The notes under the pieces were generated by a model that was not told the DNA's origin, did no database searches, and saw only the letters and a program-made list of their open reading frames with translations. 64,000 nt of DNA from Antedon mediterranea. Taxonomy: Eukaryota > Animalia > Echinodermata. Made by a program: the position numbers and the translations under genes. Every line of letters begins with the position of its first letter. Within the stretch, counting starts at the first letter, position 1. This document shows positions 35,700-49,200 of the stretch, one piece after another. The stretch covers positions 6,572,001-6,636,000 of the forward strand of contig NC_092674.1 of NCBI RefSeq assembly GCF_964355755.1. Direction: 5' to 3'.

Positions 35700-35955
35700 C
35701 ACCTTTTCTCACAAAGGGGCCCAGTAGTATTAGTACCATGAACAGCAAACCGAGAGACAATCCCCTATAGTACACTTTCAAATAGTTTACACAGTTCCTT
35801 ATCGCGCAATGTGTAACACGGGACCAACGGCGTTATGTCCCATCTAAAAGACGAGGCAATGGGAGTAAATTATACAACATACAGACAGGTGTCGAACCCA
35901 CGCCTTTCATATACGAGTACGATATCCCACAACACCACGCGCGGCCACACCGCTC
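35700..35955 (-). mobile_element. Degenerate tRNA-derived SINE
   Basis: B-box-like GGGTTCGAC on - at ~35891-35899 and A-box-like head near 35950. Related fragments at ~6316-6460 and ~16460-16535. Confidence 0.5.
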
Positions 35956-36211
35956 TATACAAATATTATAAACATGCTAAAATCAAATCGATGGAGATGG
36001 GATCACCGGCTTAAATGCTGATCCAAAGAACGATCAATTTAATTTTACAGTGTACACACAAATTGCGGCCCCAGTAGTAAGCCGAATAGCCGCATATAAT
36101 CTAGTTTAATACATGTCAATCAATTTTCAATAACACATTATTAACAACATTAATTATTACGATATAACATTTGAAACAAAAATCAGGAGCAGTGCCTGCT
36201 ATATTGACACA

Positions 36212-36359
36212 AGCTCTGTCTACACTATCACACTTTATGTGATATGCCCAAATGTGGTAGTGATATGCCCAAATATGGTGGTAGTGATATGACATCATCG
36301 TGTCCATATATGGACAATTCACATTATGTGACATAAAGTTTGATAGTGTAGACAGAGCT
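36212..36359. mobile_element. MITE family A copy
   Basis: Near-perfect TIRs AGCTCTGTCTACACTATCA. Confidence 0.8.
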
Positions 36360-39300
36360 TTACACTTACTCTGGAAGTAGTTTAATTACAAATATTATTG
36401 TAGTACTAAAATTATTAATTAAAATTATGTTTTTTGATCATTCACAATCTTTTAATCCCAATTTCGGATTAAACACACCGCGAGCCTAGACTCAACTTTA
36501 ATCCTGGTTTATGGCAAACATCCAAACAGTTTTACCTTCAATAATTAACAAGGCCATGCTGTTTTAATTGCTAAAATTAATTTGTACAAAATTCATCCGA
36601 TTAATTGCCGCACAAACAAAAACAATGCTTTCCGTGTGAAAATAACGTAAAGTTTCCGGTTTTGAAATTATTCATGTGAAAGCGAGTGACTATAATAACT
36701 TTAGTTTCCAGAAATAGCCAAATCCAACACTTATTGTGTAGACAGCATTTTTCTATTGTATACAAACATTCCAATATTGTTTGTTTCGATTATGGGTTAC
36801 TCCAGCGAACATAATCTACAAACAAAAGGTTACGTTGTCGTTAACAGTGACACAGAAATTAGTACTATAGGTCATAATTACAAATTCTCCGAATGAACTT
36901 GATTTTATTACAGTAATAGACTGTACTCCTTATAAAAAATACATATAGTTTAGGTTCAACTGAGAAATATGATATATCTAAATTATTTTACGCTTTATTT
37001 CATTGATTACAACTGGATACAATACAAAATAACCCGCTAACTATGGTGCGCCACTAATGCAAAAGTAATTATTAACAAACAAACCAATTCAATAGCAAAG
37101 TATAACTTTCAACTGAAAACTACCAAGAAACAATGCAAAACAATGGTACGAAGATGAGCCCCATGACGTTTTTGTGTATTTAACTGACTTTCAGTAGTCA
37201 GTTAGATATAATCTAGTGACAGCTGCAGAATCGGGTGAGATGAGTCTGCGAGAGTAAAAACAAATACAGTACACCCATGGCAGAGACACTGGAACACGGC
37301 CCTGTTTATCCGGAAGATAACATTAATGTTACAAGATGCAATATAAAATTATGAGTTTTAAATGATGTAATGACCTTTCAAAATTAGGAAAAAAAACAAA
37401 CAAAAAAGAAAACACACATAAAGCCCAACAGTATATTTGAAACAGTACTATCTCTGGACTTAAGCTCTGTCTATACTACACTATCTATCAAACTAGTTTG
37501 ACAAAAAATGTGTTTGATGGTGTAGACAGAGCTTTAGGGAAAGCTTTCCAAACAAATTATAAGCATAATGCAACGTACCCAATTTGTCTTTTCATATTCC
37601 AATAATATTTCATATTATAGTACTAATCTGTTTTTAAAACGGTAATTTCCAAAACCTATCAAATGTTAACCTACTAATATCAAGTACCCTGGTTTAAAAT
37701 CCCCAGGGTCTTCGAGGATTATTAAGATCATTATCTATAAAAACCCAAGATAATCGATCAAGCGTATAGCTTGAAGTTTTCTTTCTAAATAGTCAGTGAT
37801 ATCAATCAAGATAATATAATATATTTATATCTGTATAGTTACAATGTCATTCAATATTCCGGTGCTATATTCATACATTCTTCCTTGTGTTAATATGACA
37901 ATCCATCAATTAAATACTATAGTTAGGCCATTTTGATATTTTCCAATGAACCATGGTTGAACCTCGCTCGAGTTCTGACGTGCTGTCACGGTCTACACTA
38001 TCAAACTTGATATGACAACAAAATGTGATGTTCCTATATATGGACACGATTACGTCATACCACTACCATATTTTAGGCACATCACACTTTTTTGTCAAAC
38101 TAGTTTGATAGTGTAGACAGAGATTTAGTAGATGTTATATTTATAAATAAACATTTAATCAATATGCTATTTGTCATGTAATATTCAATTCAATTTCAAT
38201 TCAAAGTAACATTTATTTTCTTCAAATTAAAACATACTCAGTTATGTCAAAGATCCTTGCAAATGTACAATTCGTGTACAGTTTTACTACATTAACATTG
38301 AGAAAATGAGGCTTACATAAAAAAAAAAATGTCCTGGCCAAGTGCCTAGTGTGGTGAAATATTACTACAATTTGTGTATGTTTGTTCCGAGTGAAAATCA
38401 CACTGCGGCGACAGTGATTCAATTCAATAGGGCCTAATTGATAATCTTGGCAATAAGCCTAAATAAATACCATAATACTGTACTACCATTTTCAAAATAT
38501 CAAATCATAACCATATTTGTATAGATAAGGACCACAATAATAGCTATACAATTTGAATTACGTTTTTCGATTAATATTATTATTATTATTATTGCAGTGA
38601 TTACATAATTCTACAAAATAAATTATGAGTTATACATTAAACATACGCACGAATATGCTCTAAATATAATAGTATACCTTCTTTAAAAACAAAAGATTCT
38701 ATATATATTATCCAATATGGATTCAAACGTAATGTGGGTGGGTAAACATACACGCAATATAATTCATATTAAAGAAATGTTAATATAATTTCTGCATCAA
38801 TATAACGAAACACCAATTAAATATAAACAGAACATAAAGCAATAACGGATAAAACAAAAGTGCATATTAAGGTTAAAAATACAATAATCATCTCCCACAC
38901 AAAATATTCAAATATTACAATATAAATAACCACCAACACAGCATATGCTGAAATCATATATTTACATTATTGCTCTAAGCCTATTCCAAAAAAAAAACAA
39001 CAAACAAAACAATGAAAACACTCAGAAACTGAGTGAAGCACTTGCAAACTAGAAGGGCACTCCGAGAGTGCATACCTCCGCGCGCCTACTGTAACATTCC
39101 CTATAAAAGATTTCCCCAGAAAATATAGATATTTTATATTTTTGTGTCTTAATGCTGTGTATGATTAGGCTAATTTCACTACAACCTTGTGAATCCGAGT
39201 TTGGAGTAATGGTTATGTATCCGGCATTACACAGCCGAGATCCCTGGTTTAATTCCTGCTGAGGATCTTTTCTCAGCTAAAAAACTAACAATAACAAAAA

Positions 39301-41830
39301 ACAGAAATTATAAGGTATTGTCTTCTCATATTTCAACTTTCTGCGCAGACACGGCACTAACCATCATAGAGACGCGCATAACGCAGTTGGTTCCAATATT
39401 ACAAACTATGCTCTCTCCAGAATGGTCAATATACCAATAATAAGAAACCGCAGAAATAGTATTTCCGAAGATATCAATAACAATGAAATCCGAAAATAAA
39501 CTTTGCAACTCAGGGCTAGATTCCCCAAGAGATCGTCTGGCCGGAAGCTAATTCATGCAATCCCCCAAAAGTGTCTTAAAACTACCTCAAACATCTGGTA
39601 TTTAGCGAAACCTTTGATCGCAAAACAAATTTAAAATTTTACTCCAATAGAATTATGAACGAATATGATTTAGTAGTGAAATTTAGTATTACAACTGTCA
39701 AGTTTATTTATTCTGGGTGTCATGTTTTTAAAAATCAAAATCGTGTAGGCCTATACTTATTTACAAGTGTACTGTCGCAAATTTGATTGTTATAAACTTG
39801 TTTCGAAACAGCACAGTGAAAATTACACATTGATACACAAGTACACACAGCTATTTTAAAGCACGCCCTCCTATATTGACGCGGTAAATATAACTAAATA
39901 CCGTTGAATGCTCATCGAAAAACATGTCTGTAGTAACTAGGCGGATAGGCCTAAGTTTGAAGAAGAAACATATCGTATAGTAAATAACATTTTAACAGGG
40001 AAAGTTGAAAGGAATAAAACGAAAGGAAATCTGTGTATAAGAAAGGATTAGGATAAGGTGAATGCTGAAACATTTTTAGAGTTGCAGCTATGGATGGAAA
40101 GCCATACCGTGGTACGGCGGCCCATAGTTAAGTTCGATTCGACTCAATGTTGGTACACATGGCGTTGCATACGTATAAATACTTAGCTGGAATAATACAG
40201 GAAAAAAAAGAAATGCCGACTGGATTACTAAAAACATTTTAAAAATTAATAGATAGATAGATAATCGAGATTTTTGGGGCAAGTCGAGGGAAGCAAGTAG
40301 TTTCATACGTCAGTTATTATTAAAAAGAATCAACGAAATAGATAACAATTGTGTTTTGTAGTATTATCTAAAACTCAACAAACGACTAGTTTATCTCTTT
40401 CATTTATTTAAACATACAAATCTTGGGGGTAAATTAAGGTGTCTGTAAAACTCGAACAATGAAATAATTTTTTGAAGATTTTACCCAAAACTACAAAAGT
40501 CAATGATGCATGAACAACAATAATATGTAACCAATAAAAGCCAGTGTCATAAAATCCAACAATCTTTATTATTTCTATGCGGTATTTGTGTCTATACTGT
40601 GGAAATCCTGGACGTATTGATATTATACAAAATGAGATGGTATTCATGCTGGGTATTTAACCTTCAATCATGAAGCTTCAATATTGGTAAAATAACCGCT
40701 TTCATCCGTGGAGATTATATTTAATGCGGCTAGATATGCTTCGATAACTCAGTATATTTTTAAGAGGATTAGGCCTACACATTTAATTTTTTTTATGTTC
40801 ATTGTTATTTTGTATCTGTTTTTCTAAAACATTCTTTGTATGGTTTGTTAGTTAGCAGGTAGTTTGAACTGTCACAACCCTTCGCGACATTCTTGCTCCG
40901 ATAGAATCGGATAGCCCTACTTTTATTGCAATCATACATGTTGTAATTTTACCTGTCTGCAATGGAACGCCGTTCACCAAAAAAAGTCACTGATATGAAT
41001 TTTATGACGCGTTCGAATTCGTACGATAGATGCGTTTCATTCACATATCGCATCATAACATTATTACGTGAACAGCGTTCCATAGTCTGCCTTCTTGCAC
41101 ATACTGTACACGTTTTGTACTTGTATAATGAAGTGTTACAAAACTATTTATTATAGAAATAAATATTATGTCCTCACTAACACAATAGAAACAGTCATTA
41201 ATACAATTGTTATTAAGGGTCCACCTTCGGAATCTATAGGCTAGGGGAAGAAAATGTGAGAATATAAATAGTGTTCAATAATAATTGTCCTTCGTTCGTT
41301 TTACGTGTTTCCTAAATAGAGGTGTCCCGAAAGAAGGGGTTATATATTATAGGCCTACATGGAGAATAGTGACAGTGTGATGTTGATTGGTAATGCCAAA
41401 CCAATGAGTCGAAACCAAGGACAGTTAGTCCAACAGGGCGGGAGAGGGGATGTAGGGGGTGTTCTAGGCCAGGCTATTATAGCTTAACTTCAGAATGTCT
41501 TATAGCAAACTAAAGCCTTGTTGTTGATAAGCAAAACGTTCAACGGTAGCACAGGCTTAAGTTAGGTTTTCCGGTACTAAGTATTACAGGACAGGACTTA
41601 ATACGTTGTGATGATAATTTCCGAAAGTTTATTCCACTTCAGAACGTCAGTTTAACTAGCACAAACCCGACAAACAAACAATGTCAGTTTAAACCAGTTT
41701 CAAATGCATAATAACTGTTACCTAATTAATTATTAGGCCTATTTCTTTCTCACGTGATAATGACAAGATTGGCACTTGTTACAAATTGATAATAGATAAG
41801 AATTATAAATGTGTAAGTGATAACAATTAA

Positions 41831-42000
41831 TATCTATAGAGACACAACAATCTGAAGCATCATCATTATGAACAGTGCCATGACATGAACATCAGGCACA
41901 TTATACACAATTACTATCTATAGAGACACAACAATCTGAAGCATCATCATTATGAACAGTGCCATGACATGAACATCAGGCACATTATACACAATTACTA
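41831..42000. repeat. Perfect 84-bp tandem duplication
   Basis: TATCTATAGAGACACAACAATCTG...ACACAATTAC starts at 41831 and again at 41915. Confidence 0.9.
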
Positions 42001-42040
42001 CGAATTTGACGGTAGTTTAGCTGCTAACATCTTTTCGTAA

Positions 42041-42353
42041 GGGCGTGTGGCGCAGTGTGTTGGACGTTGGACTACCGATCGTCAGACCTAGGTTCGAATC
42101 CAACTCTTGCCGCATTGCTTGTATCCGTAGGCAAGATACTTTACTTACGTTGCCTCTCTCCACCCAGGTGTATAAATGGGTACCCAGTTAGATCTAGACA
42201 CAACTTTGCGCTGGTTACCGGCTGCATTGTGGGAGTATGTTTCCATACGTGTTTGATCCCAAAAAATACTGGGGTAATAATGCTTGTAAAGCGCCTTTGA
42301 GCATGATTACTCATGAAAAGGGCGCTATATAAATGTAGTATTATTATTATTAT
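42041..42353 (+). mobile_element. tRNA-derived SINE with L2-type 3' tail
   Basis: A box TGGCGCAGTG, B box GGTTCGAATCC, central GCCTCTCTCCACCCAGGTGTATAAATGGGTACC core, tail GTAAAGCGCCTTTGAG...GGCGCTATATAAAT(TAT)n. A similar tail fragment lies at 42685-42760. Confidence 0.85.
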
Positions 42354-42731
42354 CTTTATTTTTGGAAAAAAACACAGAGTATATTGTCACATGTGGGTTA
42401 ATCGCTAGGCTATGCTCTATTCCTTCATGACTGATGATAAAAGATACCAATAAGTCTGTTTATTTATTTTTATTTTTTTTTTAATTCATGTTTTTTTCTA
42501 CTTCTTTATTATCTTTTTTATCACATATTAATAATTATAATGTAATGTAATATAATAATAGATAGATAGGCCTAATAAAATAATAAAGCAACCGGCCATC
42601 TTGTTTTTATGGAACACTCTGTAAACAAATACGTGAAAAGGGGATTCCATTTTATTCATATTAATGTAACAATAATGATATTTTAGCGCCTTGAGCACTT
42701 TTAGTGGATATGTGCGCTATATAAATTGTTA

Positions 42732-42764
<33 letters not shown>

Positions 42765-42844
42765 GTATATAGTCGCTATCTTCATTTCAGACTTAAGCTT
42801 GTGTTCAGTATAAGGTAAAGTTTCAAATTACATGCGCTGTTTGT

Positions 42845-43010
42845 ATCATCCAATGCGTTGCTTATACGTTAAACACGTTGCGCATACTTCCAATGCGTTT
42901 CCTATACGTTAATCGCGTTACACATACGTTAAATGCGTTGAATATACGTGCAAATAGTCAAATGCGTTCTATACATCAATTGCGTTGCGTTTAAATCAAA
43001 TACGTTGCGT
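42845..43010. repeat. Degenerate ~20-bp tandem repeat (AATGCGTTGC.TATACGTTA)
   Basis: Recurring GCGTT/TACGTT units. Confidence 0.6.
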
Positions 43011-44466
43011 CAGCAACAACAGCAGTGAACAAAACATTATTCCTATACAGATAGGCCTACAGTGTGTATGCTTTTCATTTAGCAAACCAAAACATGTTTT
43101 TCAATTCGTTCCGATGATATTTTTATGATTCCAAAAAGAATGCCACTAAAAACCTTTCATAATTATTTTGATGATATGAAAGTTAGATTACAGTGACTAA
43201 AAGATTATCAAACTAATTGCAACTTTATAAGGAAATCCTAGATTCACAATGGCGTCAACTCAATTATAACCTCAAGATAATTCCTCGCTCAGTCATTGCT
43301 GATCTTACGCTACGCTTTAGATAACCTAAAGGAAGCCGGTCAACTACTAAAGAAACGACTGCAGTGAATTTAGAAACCAAGGGTTGCCCTGAATAAATGA
43401 TTCATCCCATTTGGGAATTCCGCGCAGAAAAACGTATTGTAGAAAGGACAAATAGACACGTACGCCGGTATATAAATATAGCTATTAGTTAACTGTGCTT
43501 TTTATAGAACGAGAAAACGAAGATTTTGATGTTTATGACATTAGTAATACAGAGTTATAGGCCTACATGTCATTAATGTACAGTATATGTACAAAATTTA
43601 ATACTAAACTGACATTTCTATTTCAGGCATAGGTTTATATATCCAGAATTATGCATCCTAAAAACGAATCATACTATTCAAATTAACTGTAAAGTAAAGT
43701 TTATTTTCACTTATTTCTTTCTCGATATGTCTTGAGATAAAACTTGTGAAATTCTACAAACGACACTAAGCCTAAATTCCGCGGACCTATTCTTCCGAAC
43801 ACTAATTTAATTTTAATAGAAAATGTTTTGTAATTGATCGCCCTTGAACCAGCATTATTTGTCCAACTTGATACTGAATATAGTACGCGCTGATTGGACG
43901 ATATTGTTTACGCAACGTAAACGGTTGTTCGATTTTCATTGGTTTAAAGTTTGATTACTACACATACAGTGCAGTATAGTTGTACGAAGGTTAACACGAT
44001 GTCTAATAGACTGGTGGTAATGCGTATGAGTAGGCCTATGTTTTCTACAACCATACACTTGGTCTATGTATATTACTGTTATGTACAGTAGGCTATAATA
44101 GTGCTATGTTGTCACTTGGGTATATGATATTACAAGAAGACCATGTCAGAAAAACGAGTTAACAATACTTTCTAAAGATATGCTTACGCTATACTGTCTG
44201 GGATTTAGTGTGTGGGTGCATTTGAGATAATTATGGGTATTCATAATATCCGGTATAAATCATGACGATATTCGACAGGGTATATTATGGTATAACTAAT
44301 CCTCGAAGGTTTTTACAACAATTTTAACAAGTCCTAATACTAAAGTATTCTACACGCGGTGTAGCCAATAGGCATACACTCATATTGATAATAGGCTGGC
44401 TACATTAGAATGTATCGTAGACATATCATAGTATACGAGAAAGTGCTTCTTTTATAACATTTCTAA

Positions 44467-44627
44467 AGCTATGTCTACACTATCAAACTTTATGTGACAA
44501 AAAAGTGTGATGTGCCCAAATACGGTAGTGATAAGCCCAAATATGGTAGCGATATAACATCTTCATGTCTATATATGGGCACATCATATTTTTTTGTCAC
44601 ATAAAGTTTGATAGTGTGGACAGAGAT
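44467..44627. mobile_element. MITE family A copy
   Basis: TAA flanks, TIRs, 21-bp internal units. Confidence 0.8.
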
Positions 44628-45912
44628 TAAGATAAAGTATTAAAAGTATGGCTTCAGCTTAGCGTATGAATAGGAGGATTTCGCTTGAATATGGTGGTTA
44701 TTGTGTTTTGAGGAGCTACCTTTTGCTATCTTACCAAACAGCTATATTTCTAGGTCAAGGTTTGGATTTTTAGTCAGGTTTACAGTATAGGCCTACTACA
44801 TACGGCATATGCTTCATAATAATACTACACATAAATAGGTCAGATAATGCTGTAATACCGGTATCATTATTACACCAGGAAATGTAACGTAGAAAAAAGA
44901 TAAAGTAAAGCTCTTTCTACACTATCAAATTTTATGTGACAACAAAAATATGATGTGCCCATAAATGGACAAGATGATGTTATATCACTACCATATTTAA
45001 GCATATCACTACCATATTTGGGCACATCACACAAACTAGTTTGATAGTATACAAAGCTTTACAGAACGTCGGTTTTAAAAATCTCTTGAATTGAATAAAT
45101 TGAATATGATATGACATATGGTAATTGAACAGGTTGAACTGTAAAACATTTGAGCAGTTCATCATCCAAGACCTAAATAGTAATAAATTTAAAAGCATTA
45201 TATTGTAAATTGTGATGTCGAGGCTCTATAAAACAAACTATAGGCCTATCTCGGATATTATACACAGTCGTATCCCCTCGAGCTATACCACAAAACAATT
45301 GTAGCCTAAAAGAAAAACAAGCGTTCGTGATGGCTATAACAAAGAGCAATTCGGCTAATTAGCATTGAACTCTGTCGTGACCCAATCCACAGTTATTTTC
45401 GACGAAAACATTACAATTGTGGACAGGCAAAAAATATACATTCGACCTTCAATACCCCCACCACAAAAAGGAAATTATACAGCAACCGGCTTGAATTCGA
45501 ACTAGCATCTTTAAGCCTAGAACAAAACCTTATTAACAACAACGAGATAAATTAAGTGAACATTACCACGTTTAGGCTTAGGACAACACCGCATTAACAG
45601 CTATGAACACTCAGACATACTTAATACATGTTGTTAAATCTCTCTAACATGTTTGCTAACTAATCCTATGCATTGGCTATTAGGAGCAAAATAATGACAA
45701 TGTACTGTTATATACGAGGCAAAGTTATTATCACGATGCCGCGTAGTAATAAATATCGTTAGCACTTGGCATGTGTAAAGAGTGCGAACTGCTCAGTCTA
45801 GCTGGTTAATTTATGGATCATATGTTACATATATCGTATACTATATGTCATTTGCTTTATTACTGCAACTATACACCCTTTAATGTATCTAGAATAAACC
45901 GTTACTAAGGAT

Positions 45913-46220
45913 CGGGTTCAGTTACTGCAGTTACTGCATTACACACAACTCAAATTACTCGACAGCGATCTCTCATACTTTTTTTAGGCCTGTACAATTA
46001 TATAATTCATCCATTTTTAGACGCGCTGTGTTTCCGCCGCGAGGAAAGCATCTTTAACGGGTTCAGTTACTGCAGTACACACAACTTCATAATACTCGAC
46101 AGGCAGCGATCTCTCATACATTGGTTATACACATTTTTGTAGGCCTGTACAATGATATAATTTATCCATTTTTAGACGCGTTGTGTTGTGTTTTCGCCGC
46201 GAGGAAAGCATCTTTAACGG
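45913..46220. repeat. Imperfect ~150-bp tandem duplication
   Basis: CGGGTTCAGTTACTGCA...CGCCGCGAGGAAAGCATCTTTAACGG occurs twice. Confidence 0.8.
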
Positions 46221-49200
46221 CGTTGACCGAGATATGGCATTTACGAACGGTCAGAATGAGACTTTATAGACAAATGGCAGTTGGAAAAAATCAAGCACGT
46301 GAAATGCCTTGTAATGTAATATTTGACAGTCTCTCGCTATACAAGAAACTGTCACTTCTCGATAACATGAACACGATAAGTCATAGATAAACTCATCAAT
46401 TTTAATGCCTCCAGCAACGATGCGTGAACTATGCAAAAAATACGTGAAAGAGACTCATATATTGTATTAGATTCTACATTCTGAATAATATATAGAAGAG
46501 TATGCATGTTAACGAACGAAAATCAAATACTGTAATTGCACAATCCAATAATGCTGAATTGAATAATGTAGTTATCACTACAAAACTATCTGGAAATAAG
46601 GTAAAAAAATATGCTATAAAGGCCTATAAAATCGTTTGAAATTCAGTGTCAATCGGACTGTTAGAAAGAATACAGATTCCGAAGTTCCATTTATTATTAC
46701 TGGCACACACAGTATAAATTGTGTGTCATATCGTTTCTATTATAGATGGGTAGACTATATGCCATCTGTCATGGTACATTGGTATACACTCCTGCCCACA
46801 CCCTACACATTCCTCCCTCTCTGTTGAAACATCATGGAGATACACCCATGGCACACCGATATGTAGGCTAGCCGGTGACGGTACCGGAGGTGTGAAATTA
46901 TCCACCTCATATCTGTGTACCCTAGACACTGTAGTGATGATACAATATAATACATAATTATAATTACTGCTTCGTTCTATAACACGGAATGCAGACGCGA
47001 GAATGGATATAGCCAACACATTATAAACAGGCAATATATCACATTAAAGGGGCGTTTGCACATCGGGCACTAAACATAATGTAGGCCTACTCATTATTAT
47101 TTTTATTCAAAATAGAAAACGTATAATTCTCATATGAACAGCAGCATTATGACTTGTCTTAAATAGCCAATGTATTACTTTATTAAAGGGGAATTATTAA
47201 GGATTTTTTTTAACCAAGGCAATTTAAACTCTTGTTAAACCAAGAATCACAAGGTTTAAAGGTACATTTATATAGATACAACTTTGCATTCACCAATGAA
47301 TACATTGTTATTCATGTAAAACCTACAGTAAAACATCAAACGACTATGAAGGCAAAACATCGATAAAGGGCAAAGAAGGTTACATTATACTTTATGCAAA
47401 AGTATAATACATTCAAATCTCAACAAGTTTCGAAGATTTATCTCGCCTCTAAACATTACTTTAACAATTTATGACTTTGAATTATTGCTAAGGAAACAAT
47501 AATTGTAACTAACACATCGTTAGCAGGCTATATAACGCATTAAAAGGAGCAGGGATGATTGGTTATGATAGCACATTATGAGGCTACGACATTTCATCAA
47601 CATAAAATGCTAGGCTGACCGTGAAAGACACTAGACTAGATAACGAATGTTTTAATACAACATAACATTAGATACATTACTTTAATTATCATAACTCAAC
47701 ATAGGAAACAGTGAACATAGGAAACAGTGTTATTTTCAATTTATCTCAAGACTATATTCGACTGTACTAGCGCCCCCTATTCTCCCTTTTTTTTTTCAAT
47801 TTCTAAATAATTTCGAAGTATTATTAACGATAATAATTTGATTTAACCACAGCGAAAACAAGTTAAATACACGTACAATATAGTTGAATTTAATCAGTTT
47901 TGAGGTCATCCATAAATATAATTATACAGAAAACTAACAATGAAAATATAGAATATTACACGTGTATTTGAGCTAAAATAATATTATATCAACTGTACGG
48001 TCTGGAATACATTATGGAAAGATACGACTTGTCTTCGTTTCGTATTCATAACTAATAATTTCTGTTTCATATTCCTTGAACCCTGGGAAATTAGAAAGGT
48101 GATGATGAATGGATAAATATGATAGGTTCCACTTACAGTATGGCAAATAAAAACGCATTACACGTGTTTCGTGTTTGCGCTCGATCGTCATTATTAACAA
48201 CCTATATTAAATATGTCTAGAGATTATAAATGACGTCTTGATGTCAATATATACAGGCGATATTTCATTCTATAAAAGTGATGTAATTTCGAAAATATTC
48301 GAAAATGAACGTGGCTTTCATAATATATCGTAGGATATTTTATATACAGCATAATTATTATAAAACACATATGGTCTAGGCCTAAAACTAAATTTGAAAA
48401 CAGTTACTATTTACAGGCAAATTTTTTCGTTCAATTTAAATTTAATAAAAGCACACATTTTTTTCTTTACAATTTGTGAGAAACTATGGACCGCGTAAAC
48501 ATCCGTACAGTATTTTGATAGCGTTTCATACACTACTGTGTACGATCTGTATCGTATGGTGAGGTTTTTAGTACAACTAAATAAATAGAGAATTAATGTA
48601 ATCCATTGATATAAAGAGGAGTAACACGATATTAATCAATATATAATCCTTGATTTAAAGTTCTTAAAAAACATCAAAATGACCATTCAATAACGCTCTT
48701 GACCCGTAGTCTGTTGGACCTAGGCCTACGTTTCGTACCGGTAATATACCGTAACAAAGTCGCGACATGGATGCTGTAGGGTGTAATCGTGGATCAAGAT
48801 CGCACAGTATTCCCTTGATCTAAATCGGTTAAACAGTCGTACTCACGTTAATTTAGGCCTAAACTAAGGTCAACACACTATCGGAATGATTAACGGTCCT
48901 AGTCATATGTTCATATTATTATTTAGGGCTTCCATTATAGACCTCGTTAATATAGTGCCGTATCTCCACAACCGAAAGTGATTACCCACCCAGTATCATA
49001 GGACAATTTGGTGATACAGTATCACATGTGCATCACATGTGGTGTCAGTATCATGTAAGGCTAAGGAGGTTACGGTCTATTATACTATGAGGTACATGTG
49101 AAACATATGATGCTGTATTACGGAATATTCTTTTTGATACTGGAGTGGAGAGATCTAGATACAGTACTGAACATTGTTAGTTAATAATATAGATCGATCA

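Noticed and set aside
39197-39262. tRNA-like sequence
   Set aside because: Degenerate boxes; most likely a decayed SINE head or tRNA pseudogene.
42041-42112. tRNA gene
   Set aside because: A and B boxes are present but there is no proper cloverleaf, and it continues into a SINE body and tail.
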